DNA of 64,000 nt from Candidatus Omnitrophota bacterium (GCA_030681595.1 JAUXSB010000014.1:23942-87941), one strand, 5' to 3'; counted from the first letter of the stretch, positions 30,225-43,655 are shown. A program made the numbers and translations. The notes: generated by a model not told the origin, from the letters alone.

Positions 30225-30662
30225 TTACTCTTCAATAAGCTTTTCGGCTATCTGCTCAAAGCTTTCTGCGGCAGTTTTGTAAAATTCCTGCCATAATGTT
30301 TTATCCCAAATCTCAATTCTGTTGGCAACGCCGATAATCACTATATCCCTCTTTATCCCGGCAAAATCTTTCAGGTATTGGGGGAGAAGAATCCTGCCTT
30401 GTTTATCCGCGGCCATTTCAACTGCGCCGGAAAAATACAGCCTATTAAACCTCCTGGCCTCCTGCTTTGTAAAAGGCATAGACTTAAATTTCTGCTCCTG
30501 ATTTTTCCATTCATCTTCGGCAAACATAAATAAACATTTATCCAAACCGCGGGTTACAAAGAATTTCTCAATGAAATTGCTTTTCGCAACTTCGCGGAAT
30601 TTAGAAGGGAGAATAATCCTTCCCTTGCGGTCAATAGTATGTTGATATTCTCCGTAAAACAT
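30225..30662 (-). CDS. mraZ: Transcriptional regulator MraZ
   Basis: Duplicated DxxGR motifs (IDRKGRI, DKQGRI); first gene of the dcw cluster. Confidence 0.9.
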   Translation of the reverse strand: MFYGEYQHTIDRKGRIILPSKFREVAKSNFIEKFFVTRGLDKCLFMFAEDEWKNQEQKFKSMPFTKQEARRFNRLYFSGAVEMAADKQGRILLPQYLKDFAGIKRDIVIIGVANRIEIWDKTLWQEFYKTAAESFEQIAEKLIEE

Positions 30663-30889
30663 AAATGAAACCTTTTTTAATAATTATTAAATCAAAATAA
30701 ACAGTTAACTAGATTAAAAATTTTTAAAAATTAAAAAAACGAGAAATTAGCGGCTTACTCCACTTTACACCACTATAAACCACTACATGTAACTATAAGC
30801 AACAATCCCCCTCTTGTCAAGGAAAATTGCAAAGCGAAGCGTAATTTTACTTGATCTTGAGGCCAACGGCCGAAAGATCTAATATAATT

Positions 30890-31250
30890 TCCTATTGCTT
30901 CAAGCGAAAAATGCAAACTTGCCGCGCCCGACCTGCCCGAATGACCGCGCCCGACTAGATGTCGTTCGGGCGAGAGTCAGGCGGGCTGAATGTCGTTCGG
31001 GCGGGCGCTTATTTTTCGCGCGATGCCCCGCCACAAAGCGTTGGCGGGCAGGCCGCGAATCCTTTAAATGAAACCATAAGTTATGGAAGCCTAAAGGCGA
31101 CATAACTTATTTGGTTGAATTTATCCCGATACTTGCAAGAAAATTTAGAATAAATTTTTGCAGTGTTTTAGTATCGGGGGCGGCACAATGGAAAAATTAA
31201 ACCTAACTTTATGTATTACAATGGATAGAATATGGCTGAGATTGTACGTT
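30890..31250. repeat. Composite intergenic repeat: GC-rich palindromic units (30921..31050) plus two-hairpin module (31076..31178)
   Basis: Near-identical to 62940..63250; module related to the leaders at 52686..52934, 54032..54268 and 62214..62370. Confidence 0.7.
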
Positions 31251-32184
31251 AACGCAGGATTGACCGGGCTTTGGTGATATCCCGTTTTATCTGAAAAGAA
31301 AGAAGATCCAGGGAAGGAAATTGCCTCTCTTGCCGTATCTTTTTGATAAATTCTATTTCTACTTCTCGGTTATAAATATTCCTATGAAAATTCAAAATAT
31401 ATACTTCCAGGCGCGGCCTCCGGTAGCCAAAATGCAATGTGGGGCTGGTCCCTATATAGGCTGCGCCATTAAATTTTTTATTTTTTATTTTTGTCTTTAC
31501 CGCGTAAACTCCTGCCGGAGGGATAATTTCATGCCCTACATCAATATTCGCCGTATGGTAACCCAATTTTCTCCCCACTCGCCTCCCTTTAACTACCCTG
31601 CCCAAAACAGAAACATTCCTGCCTAAGTATTTTTTCGCCAAATCTAACTTGCCGTTTTTTATCAAAGCACGGATAAATGTGCTGCTGATAACCCTACGGT
31701 TTAATTTTAAAGGCGCGATTGCCTTTAGCTTAAAATTGTATCTCTCCGCCATAACTTTAAGTAAATTTATTCCTCCTGAACCTCCTCGCCCAAAAGTAAA
31801 ATTATTCCCCACAAATACGGCCGCAGGATTGACTTTTTTCTTTAACAACTCTATAAAATGTCCCGGGCTAATTTCTGAAAAATGACGATTGAAATTTATG
31901 ATAATGCAGGTGTCAAGGCCTAAGCCTGCGATAAGTTTTAAGCGATGCTCTAATGAAATCAGGTGCACAAAAACATTTTTTGAGCTTAAAATTTTTTCCG
32001 GATGCGGATAAAAGGTAACACAAACACTATTTTTATCGGCATCCTTGGCTTGACGTAACATAGCCTTCAGGATATACTGATGGCCCAAATGCACGCCGTC
32101 AAAAATGCCTAAAGCAACATATGGCCTGTTAAGATTTTTGATTTTCTTTCCAAGGCCGTAAATGACTCTCATTAACTTCCTCAA
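31249..32184 (-). CDS. ribF: Bifunctional riboflavin kinase / FAD synthetase
   Basis: ALGIFDGVHLGHQ nucleotidyltransferase motif and C-terminal riboflavin kinase region. Confidence 0.85.
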   Translation of the reverse strand: MRKLMRVIYGLGKKIKNLNRPYVALGIFDGVHLGHQYILKAMLRQAKDADKNSVCVTFYPHPEKILSSKNVFVHLISLEHRLKLIAGLGLDTCIIINFNRHFSEISPGHFIELLKKKVNPAAVFVGNNFTFGRGGSGGINLLKVMAERYNFKLKAIAPLKLNRRVISSTFIRALIKNGKLDLAKKYLGRNVSVLGRVVKGRRVGRKLGYHTANIDVGHEIIPPAGVYAVKTKIKNKKFNGAAYIGTSPTLHFGYRRPRLEVYILNFHRNIYNREVEIEFIKKIRQERQFPSLDLLSFQIKRDITKARSILR

Positions 32185-32803
32185 CGCTTATGCTATCTTT
32201 AATACTAAACGGGCCGACGTTTATCCTTTTAATGCTGGAGATATGCCCGCCGCCGCCGAGGCCCTTGGCAATATCTTCCCCTAACGTACGTACATATGTC
32301 CCCTTAGAACACCTTACTTCAAAAACGATATCCGGCAGATGAAAACCCAAAAGCTTTAAACTGTGAATAGTAATTTGCCTAGCCAGGCGCGGAACCTCTA
32401 TACCGGAGCGGGCTAGCTTATAGAGCGGCTGGCCTTTATACTTTAGAGCTGACACCATCGGCGGAATCTGATTAATCTTCCCTGTAAAATCGCTAAATAC
32501 TTCTTTTACTTTTTCTTCTCTGACGCCATCGTAAGAAAATGTCTTTAGGATCTTTCCGCGGGAATCTGCCGTATCGGTAATTGCGCCTAAGGTAAGGGTC
32601 GCCTCATAAACTTTATCAAAATCAGTAAAGGTTTTAAAAAGCCGGGTTGCCCTTCCTACTAAAATTATCAAAACCCCGGTGGCTAACGGGTCTAATGTGC
32701 CGGCGTGGCCTACCTTTTTTATCTTTAGGCGGCGGCGCACGATATTCACCACATCGTGCGATGTTATATTTTGCGGCTTATTTACAATTAATATCCCTTC
32801 CAT
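32129..32803 (-). CDS. truB: tRNA pseudouridine(55) synthase
   Basis: VGHAGTLDPLATGVL catalytic Asp motif. Confidence 0.85.
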   Translation of the reverse strand: MEGILIVNKPQNITSHDVVNIVRRRLKIKKVGHAGTLDPLATGVLIILVGRATRLFKTFTDFDKVYEATLTLGAITDTADSRGKILKTFSYDGVREEKVKEVFSDFTGKINQIPPMVSALKYKGQPLYKLARSGIEVPRLARQITIHSLKLLGFHLPDIVFEVRCSKGTYVRTLGEDIAKGLGGGGHISSIKRINVGPFSIKDSISVEEVNESHLRPWKENQKS

Positions 32804-33762
32804 TTATTGAGTTCTTGTTTTATTCTGTTCAAAACTTTATTTTCTACGCCGGCGAATGTCCCTTTTATAGTGCAGCCGCTGGCATTTTTATGCCCGCCGC
32901 CGCCAAAATACTGAGCAATTTTACTGACATTAATCTTTCCTCTCGACCTCAAGTTAACACGGACAAACCTTTTGTCTTTTGCCCTCTTTAGCAAAAAACA
33001 GGCCTCGATGCCTTTTATCCTTCTGGCAAAATCCAAAACAGAATCTGTTTGGTCTGTTTGCGTTTGAGAATCGGAATGATCTTTGTCTATCTTAAACCAG
33101 GCAATACGGCCGTTCCTGTCTAACTTTAAAGTATTCAACGCTTCTTTTAATAAGAGTACGTCGGAATAAGAATTAGACTGATAAACATTTTGATAAATTT
33201 TTTCGGCAGAGATATTGAATTTAAGCAATTCCGCCGCCGCCTGATGAGTTTTATAACTGGTAGTGGAATAGCGAAACGATCCGCTATCCGTCATTATCGC
33301 GGTATACAAACAAAGAGCGCTTGCGCGGCCAAAGGGGACGCCCATTGCTTTATAAAGCTCATAAATCATCTCGCCGGTAGAAGAACTTTGCGGCTTCACC
33401 CAGTTTATATCAGCAAACTGGGAATTACTGATATGGTGGTCTATAGCGATTAAAGGCAGGCCTTTTGGTATAATTTTAACCACCTTGCCGCAGCGGCTAA
33501 GCTCAGAACAATCTAAAATAAAAATTGCCTCGGGATACTTTATTTTGGAGCCGAGCGGCTTGATTAAGCCGCGATTGTTTAAAAACCCATAATTTTTAGG
33601 GACATTATCTTCATTGATAATAACTGCGCTTTTGCCTTTAGTTTTTAAAAGCAGCGCTAAAGCCAATTCGCCGCCAATCGCATCCCCTTCCAGGCCGACA
33701 TGCGCTGTAATCAGAAACCGCTTATATTTATTTATTGCGCCTATGACTTTTTTTAGACTCAC
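32788..33762 (-). CDS. nrnA: DHH-family phosphoesterase (NrnA-like oligoribonuclease / pAp phosphatase)
   Basis: DHH motif (IAIDHHISN), GGGH motif in the C-terminal DHHA1 region. Confidence 0.75.
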   Translation of the reverse strand: MSLKKVIGAINKYKRFLITAHVGLEGDAIGGELALALLLKTKGKSAVIINEDNVPKNYGFLNNRGLIKPLGSKIKYPEAIFILDCSELSRCGKVVKIIPKGLPLIAIDHHISNSQFADINWVKPQSSSTGEMIYELYKAMGVPFGRASALCLYTAIMTDSGSFRYSTTSYKTHQAAAELLKFNISAEKIYQNVYQSNSYSDVLLLKEALNTLKLDRNGRIAWFKIDKDHSDSQTQTDQTDSVLDFARRIKGIEACFLLKRAKDKRFVRVNLRSRGKINVSKIAQYFGGGGHKNASGCTIKGTFAGVENKVLNRIKQELNKWKGY

Positions 33763-34202
33763 GCCTTTCTTCCTTTCTTATCTTTACGCGGACGCAAGGA
33801 AAGGTGAGACTCATCCGGCTTTTCCTTTCTTGATTTTTCATCGTCATTTTCTAAAGGTGGATAGGGCTCATTCTTTAATCCTTCCAGTTCTTTCTGAATT
33901 TCTATGCTGTATTTTATAGAGTTATCCAGTCTTAAAATTATTTCCGGGGCAAAGCGTAAGTTTAACTCTTTAGCGATAATGCTGCGGATAAAACCCATAG
34001 CCGAATTCATCGCTGCGGCAGTATCTTTTTCTTCCTTGTCCGTTCCCAACACGCTGTAATATATCTTCGCGTACCTTAAGTCATCGCTTACTTCAACCCT
34101 GGTTACCGTGACAAACCGTATACGGGGATCGTGCAATTCTTCCTGGATAATCCTACCCATTTCTCTCCTTATCGCTTCCTGGACTCTTTCTTTTCTGCGC
34201 AT
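33759..34202 (-). CDS. rbfA: Ribosome-binding factor A (with C-terminal extension)
   Basis: KH-like RbfA core (RV.EVSDDLRYAKIYYSV) and conserved neighbourhood with truB. Confidence 0.8.
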   Translation of the reverse strand: MRRKERVQEAIRREMGRIIQEELHDPRIRFVTVTRVEVSDDLRYAKIYYSVLGTDKEEKDTAAAMNSAMGFIRSIIAKELNLRFAPEIILRLDNSIKYSIEIQKELEGLKNEPYPPLENDDEKSRKEKPDESHLSLRPRKDKKGRKA

Positions 34203-34483
34203 TAAATCATCTCCATTTCATAATCAAGCAACACAGCACCATTAACATCGGAAGTAAAATCCACTATTTTAGACAGAGTGCTGTTTACTAAACCAGAATA
34301 AGGCCCGATACAGGCAAAAGCCAAAAGTGTTACCTGCCATTTATCCTGATGGTCTGCTTCCATAACCGAAACGTTAAAATTATTACGCACCCTGTCTTTT
34401 ATGCTTTTTAGCACCATTCTCTTTCTCTTTAGAGAATTACTCTTTGGAATCTGCAGCTTAAGTTTTAATATGCCGACTACCAT
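34202..34483 (-). CDS. DUF503-family (YlxP-like) protein
   Basis: 93-aa protein at the position YlxP-like proteins occupy next to rbfA. Confidence 0.55.
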   Translation of the reverse strand: MVVGILKLKLQIPKSNSLKRKRMVLKSIKDRVRNNFNVSVMEADHQDKWQVTLLAFACIGPYSGLVNSTLSKIVDFTSDVNGAVLLDYEMEMI

Positions 34484-35819
34484 GTTCTTTTATAAATTTA
34501 ATTTCTTCGTTTTTATCTTTAACTACTTTATCTATTTTGGCGTATAATGCCTTAACTAACATCTCCTTAAAATGCGGCCCCGGCACAAAACCCAGCTCCT
34601 TTAAATCGCTTCCGTCAACAGCAAGCCTTATACCGTTATGCACAAACAGATACTCATTTATTTTTTTTATTATATCAGATTTATTTTGTTTAGCCATTAT
34701 TAAAACTATCACTTCAAAACTCAATGGCTCAAGCAAATGATAAACGCTGGACGGCCTGATATTCTTTTCAGAAAGGCGTTTTATAACTTCACTGTGGCTG
34801 TCAAAATAAGAAACAATACGCTTAGTATCGCCCCTGGCAAAAGCAAAATCAGCACAAATCTTTTTCACTGCCTCTAAATCCAAACCGTCTAATAAACCAA
34901 TAAGGAAAATGAGCCATGAATCCAAAACCCTTTTTTTGGGGTGATGCTTCCTAAAAATCATGACGGCCTTATTAAGCTTTCTCAAAAAATCAAGCTTTAC
35001 GCCGCTTAACCTGATTCCTGTGTCAATAAAAGAAAAACCGTAAAGTTTACGGATAGAACTGATTACTTTTAAAGGCCTGTCTTCTTTAAGCATTAAAATA
35101 AGCTCATCTCTTAGCCTGTGTTTAGTGACTTTGTTTAACGCGTCTTCCTTCCTTGCCGCTTTAAAAAGCTGAAGGGTTTTTCTTTCCAGGCTAAACCCGT
35201 ACCTTTCCCCAAAGCGTATTGCCCTCAGCATCCGCGTAGGGTCGTCCGCAAAACTTAAGCTGTGTAAAACACGGATCCTCTTTCTTTTTAAATCGGCTAT
35301 TCCGCTAAAATAATCAGAGAGCTTCCCAAAATTATGCTTACTTATAGTAACCGCCATGGCATTAATGCTAAAATCCCGCCGCAGGAGGTCATCGTATATT
35401 GAACCGCCAGACACAACCGGCAAAGCCCCCGGCCTTGCGTATGTTTCTTTTCTCGCTGTGGCGATATCAATTTTCTTGTGGTTAGGCAGTGTCAATACGG
35501 CGGTTCCGAACCTTTTATGCTTTATCAGGCGCGCGCCAAGAACTTCCGCTAATTTCTCCGCAAATAATATCCCGTCCATCTGAACGCCTTCGCTATGGTG
35601 AGCCTGCCCGACTTCTCTGTGGCGAGCCTGCTCGACTTCTCTGTGGCGAGCCTCAATTACAATGTCCAAATCTAAATTCGGCCTGCGTAAAAGCATATCC
35701 CGCACAAACCCGCCAACTAAATAGGCGTGGACATCCATGCTATCCGCTAAACTACCGGCTTTTTTAATTACCGATAAAATATCTTTCGGCAGCAATTTTA
35801 TTTTACTTTCTAAATTCAC
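34458..35819 (-). CDS. CCA-adding enzyme / poly(A) polymerase-family tRNA nucleotidyltransferase with in-frame tandem repeat
   Basis: GGFVRDMLL plus DLDIV nucleotidyltransferase motif; repeat region translates as ARHREVEQARHREVGQAHH. Confidence 0.75.
   Translation of the reverse strand: MNLESKIKLLPKDILSVIKKAGSLADSMDVHAYLVGGFVRDMLLRRPNLDLDIVIEARHREVEQARHREVGQAHHSEGVQMDGILFAEKLAEVLGARLIKHKRFGTAVLTLPNHKKIDIATARKETYARPGALPVVSGGSIYDDLLRRDFSINAMAVTISKHNFGKLSDYFSGIADLKRKRIRVLHSLSFADDPTRMLRAIRFGERYGFSLERKTLQLFKAARKEDALNKVTKHRLRDELILMLKEDRPLKVISSIRKLYGFSFIDTGIRLSGVKLDFLRKLNKAVMIFRKHHPKKRVLDSWLIFLIGLLDGLDLEAVKKICADFAFARGDTKRIVSYFDSHSEVIKRLSEKNIRPSSVYHLLEPLSFEVIVLIMAKQNKSDIIKKINEYLFVHNGIRLAVDGSDLKELGFVPGPHFKEMLVKALYAKIDKVVKDKNEEIKFIKEHGSRHIKT
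35596..35654. repeat. 21-nt tandem duplication (about 2.5 copies) inside the CCA-enzyme gene
   Basis: gtggcgagcctgc(c/t)cgacttctct repeated in tandem; in frame. Confidence 0.75.
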
Positions 35820-35917
35820 CCCGGTCTTCCTTTCTTAGGTTTATATATACGCTAAATTTTATATTTATACCCGCCTCTTTCCTATACGTATATCGCTTTA
35901 GGAAAGGCAAGAGCTAT

Positions 35918-36805
35918 TTATCCTCTTGGGTGGAACTGTTTATGTATAGCTTTTAACCTGTCTTTATGTATATGCGTATAAATCTGCGTCGTTGAAATAT
36001 CTGAATGCCCGAGCATTTCCTGTACGCTTCTTAAATCCGCGCCGCCTTCCAATAAATGCGTGGCAAAAGAATGCCTTAAAGTATGCGGCTTAATTTGGCG
36101 CTTGATTTTGGCAACCTCGGCATATTTCTTTATAATACTCCAGAGGCTTTGGCGGGAAATTTTTTTTCCTAACCGGCTTAAAAAAATTTCCGGGCTGGTC
36201 TTATTTTTCAGCAATTTCGGCCGGACTCGCTCAAGGTACCTTATCAAGGCTTCTTTGGCCTTGCCGCCTAAAGGAACAATGCGCTCTTTTCTCCCCTTGC
36301 CAAAACAGCGTACAAACCCTACCTCCAAATTTATATCTTCTAATTTAAGGTTAACGAGCTCCGAGGCGCGCATGCCGGTGGCATACAGCATTTCTAAAAT
36401 CGAGCGGTCGCGTACCCCTTCCTTATCTTTCAAATCCGGGGAATTTATCAAGGCTTCAACTTCTGGCAGAGACATCACCTCAGGCAGCCTCTTCCATAAT
36501 TTAGGAGCCTCTAAGACAGACGTCGGATCCGCCTTTAAGATACGTTCCCTGACTAAAAACCGGTATAATGTTTTTATGGCAACTAAATTTCTGGCAATAG
36601 AGGAAGCAGACAACCCGCTTTCTTTTTCCTTAAACATAAAATTCGAAATTTCATCCCTAGTTATTTTAGCTAGAGAGTCTATCTTGTTATTCTCTAAGTA
36701 AGCCGCGTATTTATTCAGGTCCCTTCGGTAAGCAGAAATAGTATTATTGCTTAGGCCGCGCTCGACCGATAAATAATTTAAAAACATCTCTATTAAATCA
36801 TGCAT
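35918..36805 (-). CDS. xerD: Tyrosine recombinase XerD/XerC
   Basis: C-terminal [38 protein letters not shown] catalytic box; 295 aa; lacks the IntI-specific insertion. Confidence 0.8.
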   Translation of the reverse strand: MHDLIEMFLNYLSVERGLSNNTISAYRRDLNKYAAYLENNKIDSLAKITRDEISNFMFKEKESGLSASSIARNLVAIKTLYRFLVRERILKADPTSVLEAPKLWKRLPEVMSLPEVEALINSPDLKDKEGVRDRSILEMLYATGMRASELVNLKLEDINLEVGFVRCFGKGRKERIVPLGGKAKEALIRYLERVRPKLLKNKTSPEIFLSRLGKKISRQSLWSIIKKYAEVAKIKRQIKPHTLRHSFATHLLEGGADLRSVQEMLGHSDISTTQIYTHIHKDRLKAIHKQFHPRG

Positions 36806-36821
36806 AAAATGAAGGCATAAG

Positions 36822-37460
36822 TTATGGGCTCATTAAAAACGGATTGCCCTCTTTTTCCTTGCCTATCGTTGTCGGCTCTCCGTGGCCGGGATAAACTACA
36901 ATATTATCCGCTAACTTAAATAATTTTTCTCTTATAGAGCTGATTAATAAATCACCTGATGCCCCGGGGAAATCGGTCCTGCCGATACCAAAAGCAAACA
37001 ACGTATCGCCGCTAAAAAGCGCCTCATCCAAAAGTATACCTATGCCTCCTGCGGTATGGCCGGGAATATGTATAATCTTTAAAACAGAATCCCCAAATTT
37101 TATTTCGCTGCCATCTTCAAGGGTGTTTATCTGTTTTTCTGTCAGCTTAAACGGATAGCCAAAAAATCCTGAAAGATTTTTTTGCGCATCGGATAAGCAA
37201 TCCCTATCTAACTTATGGATATAAATCGGCAGGTTAAAATCGCTGTCGGCGCCGATATGGTCGTAATGGCCGTGGGTATGGATAATAAATTGCGGCCTTA
37301 ACTTGTTAGAATCTAAATACCTATTAATATCGCCAAAATCATCTCCCGGGTCAACGATAAACGCATTCTTTGTGCTTTTATCGCTTACGATATAGCAATT
37401 TACTGCCATCGGGCCGACGACAATTGTCTTAAGGGTTAAGTTATTATTTAATACAGCCAT
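36822..37460 (-). CDS. MBL-fold metallo-hydrolase (glyoxalase II-like)
   Basis: HTHGHYDH zinc-binding motif. Confidence 0.75.
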   Translation of the reverse strand: MAVLNNNLTLKTIVVGPMAVNCYIVSDKSTKNAFIVDPGDDFGDINRYLDSNKLRPQFIIHTHGHYDHIGADSDFNLPIYIHKLDRDCLSDAQKNLSGFFGYPFKLTEKQINTLEDGSEIKFGDSVLKIIHIPGHTAGGIGILLDEALFSGDTLFAFGIGRTDFPGASGDLLISSIREKLFKLADNIVVYPGHGEPTTIGKEKEGNPFLMSP

Positions 37461-37464
37461 AATT

Positions 37465-40747
<3,283 letters not shown>

Positions 40748-40849
40748 AATTTACAGAACGACAGTGAATGTAAATTGTATGTACGAATTTATCCCGCCGA
40801 ATGTGTAAAAATTGTAGTATAGAATTTTTACACATTTTATGAGGCGGGA

Positions 40850-41122
40850 TTAAAATCGAATCCCAAAATCCTTAAACTCTCCGGTGGCAGGTTGCCACTG
40901 AATATCTTTATCCTGAAGATATTCAGAAAAGCTTTCTTCTATTTTTTTAAGAAAATCTTTCAGGGTTCCTTCTTCCGCTTCAGCCGCTAATTCTACCCTG
41001 CCGTCGCGCAGGTTTTTCACCCAACCGCCGACTCCCATATCTCGCGCAATATCTTCGGCAGTGTAGCGAAACCCCACCCCCTGGACTCTCCCGCTATAAT
41101 AAACATGCGCTTGTTTTCTCAT
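40850..41122 (-). CDS. acyP: Acylphosphatase
   Basis: VYYSGRVQGVGFRY and GWVKNLRDGRVE motifs; upstream part of the ORF-track frame overlaps the tRNA and is not coding. Confidence 0.75.
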   Translation of the reverse strand: MRKQAHVYYSGRVQGVGFRYTAEDIARDMGVGGWVKNLRDGRVELAAEAEEGTLKDFLKKIEESFSEYLQDKDIQWQPATGEFKDFGIRF

Positions 41123-41127
41123 ATAAT

Positions 41128-41205
41128 TGGTCGGGAAGGGCGGACTTGAACCGCCGACCTCTTGCTCCCGAAGCAAGCGCTCTAGCCAAACTAAGCTACT
41201 TCCCG
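41128..41205 (-). tRNA. tRNA-Pro (anticodon CGG), CCA encoded
   Basis: Hand-folded reverse complement CGGGAAG-TA-GCTTAGTTTGGCTAGAGC-GC-TTGCT-TCGGGAG-CAAG..GGCGGTTCAAGTCCGCC-CTTCCCG-ACCA: 7-bp acceptor stem, GTTCAAGTC T-loop, anticodon loop TTCGGGA. Confidence 0.85.
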
Positions 41206-41314
41206 ATTAAATAATCTATTCTTTATGAAATACTACGCCATCCGCCACTAAAGATTCGGCGGATGCCCGCCAACGCATCAGTGGCGGGCAAACTGAGCTA
41301 CTCCCCGATTAAAA
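41187..41314. repeat. 26-bp direct repeat (caaact[a/g]agctact[t/c]cccgattaaa) duplicating the tRNA 5' end, flanking a GC-rich palindromic insert
   Basis: Copies at about 41187..41212 and 41289..41314; insert contains gccatccgcc...ggcggatgc and cccgccaac...tggcggg hairpins. Confidence 0.55.
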
Positions 41315-41357
41315 CAGTATACCAAAAAATTGCCATTCCGCCAAATTAAACTATGGA

Positions 41358-42668
41358 TTAAACTACGGATTCCTTGTTTGAATAAAGGCTGTCCAGCGGG
41401 CTTTTTGGGGCATTACTCATATTCCGCAGGACATGCGTATAAATCATCGTTGTTTCAACATTATTATGGCCCAAAAGCTCCTGCACTTCCCTGATGTTCA
41501 CCCCATTCATCAAAAGATGAGTAGCAAAACTGTGCCGCAAAGTATGAACAGAAACGCGTTTAACAATACCTGCCGCGTCTGCCGCTTTTTTAACTGCCTG
41601 CTGGATAGATTTATCGCTTATATGGTGGCGGCGCGCCTTGCCGCTTCTTGGGTCAACGGAAAGGTTAGGCGAAGGAAAAACATATTGCCAACGCCAATCT
41701 TTCGCGGCATTAGGATATTTGCGCGAAAGCGCGTCCGGTAAATATACCTCGCCATAGCCGGCTTTTAGGTCTTTTTCACGCAACTCTTTAACCCTCTCAA
41801 GATGAAGGCATAAATCATTTTTAATTTTATCAGGAAGCATAGTAGTCCTGTCTTTATCCTGTTTAGCCGCGCGGATAAATATTGTATTTGAGCTAAAATC
41901 AATATCCTGAACCCGCAAGCGCGCAAGCTCCATCAACCGAAGGCCTGAACCATAAAGTAACTGCATAATAAGCCGCCCTTTGCCTTCTATGTGCCTGAAT
42001 AATGCTTCAACTTCCCCTATTGTCAAAACCGTAGGCACTTTTGACCCGCGTTTTGCCCTGACCGCCTTATCCAAATCCTTGAGTTCAACCTCAAGCACCT
42101 CACGGAATAAAAATAAAAGCGCGTTAAACGCCTGATTCTGCGTGGAAGACGAAACCCGCCTTTGGATAGCCAAATAACTTAAGAAATTTCTCACGTCTTC
42201 TGAACCTAGCCTACCATCTTGGGCGCCCTTTTTCTTTACCTCTTCAATATAAGCGTAAAAACGCTTTGCCCAATCAGTGTATGAACGTTCTGTCTTGTAA
42301 GAATAATGCCTAAGCCGTATTGCCTCCCGCATTTTATTTATAATTTCTGAAATCGGCAGGGAAACTTTTTGAGGATTCAATAAATTTTCCTGGCGGGCAT
42401 CCGCGTTTTTTGACAAAAATTGCCCGGAATATAACTTTAGCGCTTCCTCTGCCTGTTTTATCTGCCAATCAGCAAACTCGCCCTGCGCCGCGAGACATAT
42501 CAAAAATTTCCTGATAAGCAAATCCCGGCTCTCTTCTCCGCTATTATTCGCAAAACCAAGGAATTTGCTTACCCAGCGCGCATAATATGAAACGCTCTTT
42601 TCAGGCACAAGTTTACGAGAAGTCAAAAACTCCTGAAATTCTGGCAAAACGTCACTAAGCATCTGCAA
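41358..42668 (-). CDS. intI: Integron integrase (IntI-type tyrosine recombinase); true start possibly near 42362
   Basis: C-terminal [12 protein letters not shown]...[16 protein letters not shown] catalytic box preceded by [40 protein letters not shown], which parallels the IntI-specific extra segment of IntI1 that XerC/D lack; divergent from downstream cassettes. Confidence 0.8.
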   Translation of the reverse strand: MQMLSDVLPEFQEFLTSRKLVPEKSVSYYARWVSKFLGFANNSGEESRDLLIRKFLICLAAQGEFADWQIKQAEEALKLYSGQFLSKNADARQENLLNPQKVSLPISEIINKMREAIRLRHYSYKTERSYTDWAKRFYAYIEEVKKKGAQDGRLGSEDVRNFLSYLAIQRRVSSSTQNQAFNALLFLFREVLEVELKDLDKAVRAKRGSKVPTVLTIGEVEALFRHIEGKGRLIMQLLYGSGLRLMELARLRVQDIDFSSNTIFIRAAKQDKDRTTMLPDKIKNDLCLHLERVKELREKDLKAGYGEVYLPDALSRKYPNAAKDWRWQYVFPSPNLSVDPRSGKARRHHISDKSIQQAVKKAADAAGIVKRVSVHTLRHSFATHLLMNGVNIREVQELLGHNNVETTMIYTHVLRNMSNAPKSPLDSLYSNKESVV

Positions 42669-42843
42669 AACCCTCTCTTTACCAAAATTCCCTTCTTAAA
42701 CGAACTTCGTATTTTCCGTTATTATATGGTAATTGCGAAAATTAGCAAGATGATTTTGATTTTTTTATTGTTTACCCCTAGAAAATATGCTATATTTAAC
42801 TGAACAATAAAAAATTACGAACTTCGTCTATTAATTGTTAGGC
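42669..42843. promoter_or_regulatory. Candidate attI region with core site GTTAGGC (42837..42843) and two copies of the palindrome acgaacttcgt
   Basis: Canonical GTTRRRY core between intI start and first cassette ORF; the 11-bp palindrome occurs at about 42703 and 42817. Confidence 0.4.
42768..42796 (+). promoter_or_regulatory. Candidate cassette promoter (TTGTTT, 17-bp spacer, TATATT)
   Basis: Hexamer match by eye in AT-rich DNA; weak evidence. Confidence 0.2.
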
Positions 42844-42899
42844 GAAATAAAATTAATAGACATCAAAACTAGAAACCCATGTGAGTTTAAGTTAATCTT

Positions 42900-43505
42900 A
42901 TGTATAAAAAATTATTAATCATTTCTATTGGTATCTGTGCAATAGTTAGTAGTTTGTTTGGTTTAGTAAAATTAATGGAAAAAACCAGTGAAAGTTATTA
43001 TCTTAAAATTCCTTATTCATCATATTGTGCAGAATTTCAATCTGGCGGAATTAATTGTGATATGATAGGCGGCAATCTTATATTCGAAAGCGATTCGGAA
43101 AGACCCCTCATTTATTTTAAAAGAGAATTAACAAATAACTCTTTTGAAATTGATCTAAAAAATAAAATAATTCAGCAGATGCAGCATGCTTTTAATAACG
43201 ATTCGGCTCCAGCTTACTCCCCTTGCAACCCCGATCGAAAATATTGTGCTGCCTATAAAACAAAAGGTATTCTGAAAAAAGGAGGCGGAATCGGATTTTG
43301 GGTATCGCCTGATAAATTGTTTGGGTTAGAAATTTTCGAAATAAAAAGTATGCAAACAAAAAAGACATTCTTTCGAAAAATGAATCTGAAGTTCGGTGGT
43401 GCTTCCCCCACACTAAAATATGATACCTTCTGGAGTGAGGATGGTAAATATGTAGTTATCTTTGATAATTCAAATAATCTAATAATTCAAAGAATAAAAG
43501 AATAA
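42900..43505 (+). CDS. Integron cassette ORF: secreted or membrane-anchored protein of unknown function with four cysteines
   Basis: N-terminal hydrophobic signal or anchor (LLIISIGICAIVSSLFGLV); no recognisable family. Confidence 0.5.
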   Translation: MYKKLLIISIGICAIVSSLFGLVKLMEKTSESYYLKIPYSSYCAEFQSGGINCDMIGGNLIFESDSERPLIYFKRELTNNSFEIDLKNKIIQQMQHAFNNDSAPAYSPCNPDRKYCAAYKTKGILKKGGGIGFWVSPDKLFGLEIFEIKSMQTKKTFFRKMNLKFGGASPTLKYDTFWSEDGKYVVIFDNSNNLIIQRIKE

Positions 43506-43580
43506 ATGTTTCTTAATTTTAGAGAGTAGGAACAAACACCTATTATTCAAAGTCAAGATTTAAGATAAAATAATAAAGTC

Positions 43581-43655
43581 GTCTAACAACGCACTGCACC
43601 TGACCTTTCCCGCCGCTAAAGCGGCGCTCAAGGCAGGTGAGTTTGAATGTTATAT
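43581..43655 (+). other. attC-like recombination site 1
   Basis: Starts GTCTAAC (fits RYYYAAC), internal palindromes (cacctgacc...ggcaggtg; cgccgct aaa gcggcg), ends GTTATAT. Confidence 0.4.

Noticed and set aside
30900-31103. Small Arg/Ala-rich ORF (67 aa) on the minus strand
   Set aside because: Lies entirely within the GC-rich palindromic repeat; its sequence (ARTTSSRARSFGQ) is the translation of the repeat unit, as is the ORF at 62949..63140.
41358-42668. Phage-type integrase of a tRNA-inserted prophage or island
   Set aside because: The protein has the IntI-type extra segment and is followed by attC-bounded cassettes rather than phage structural genes; the tRNA proximity is noted separately.
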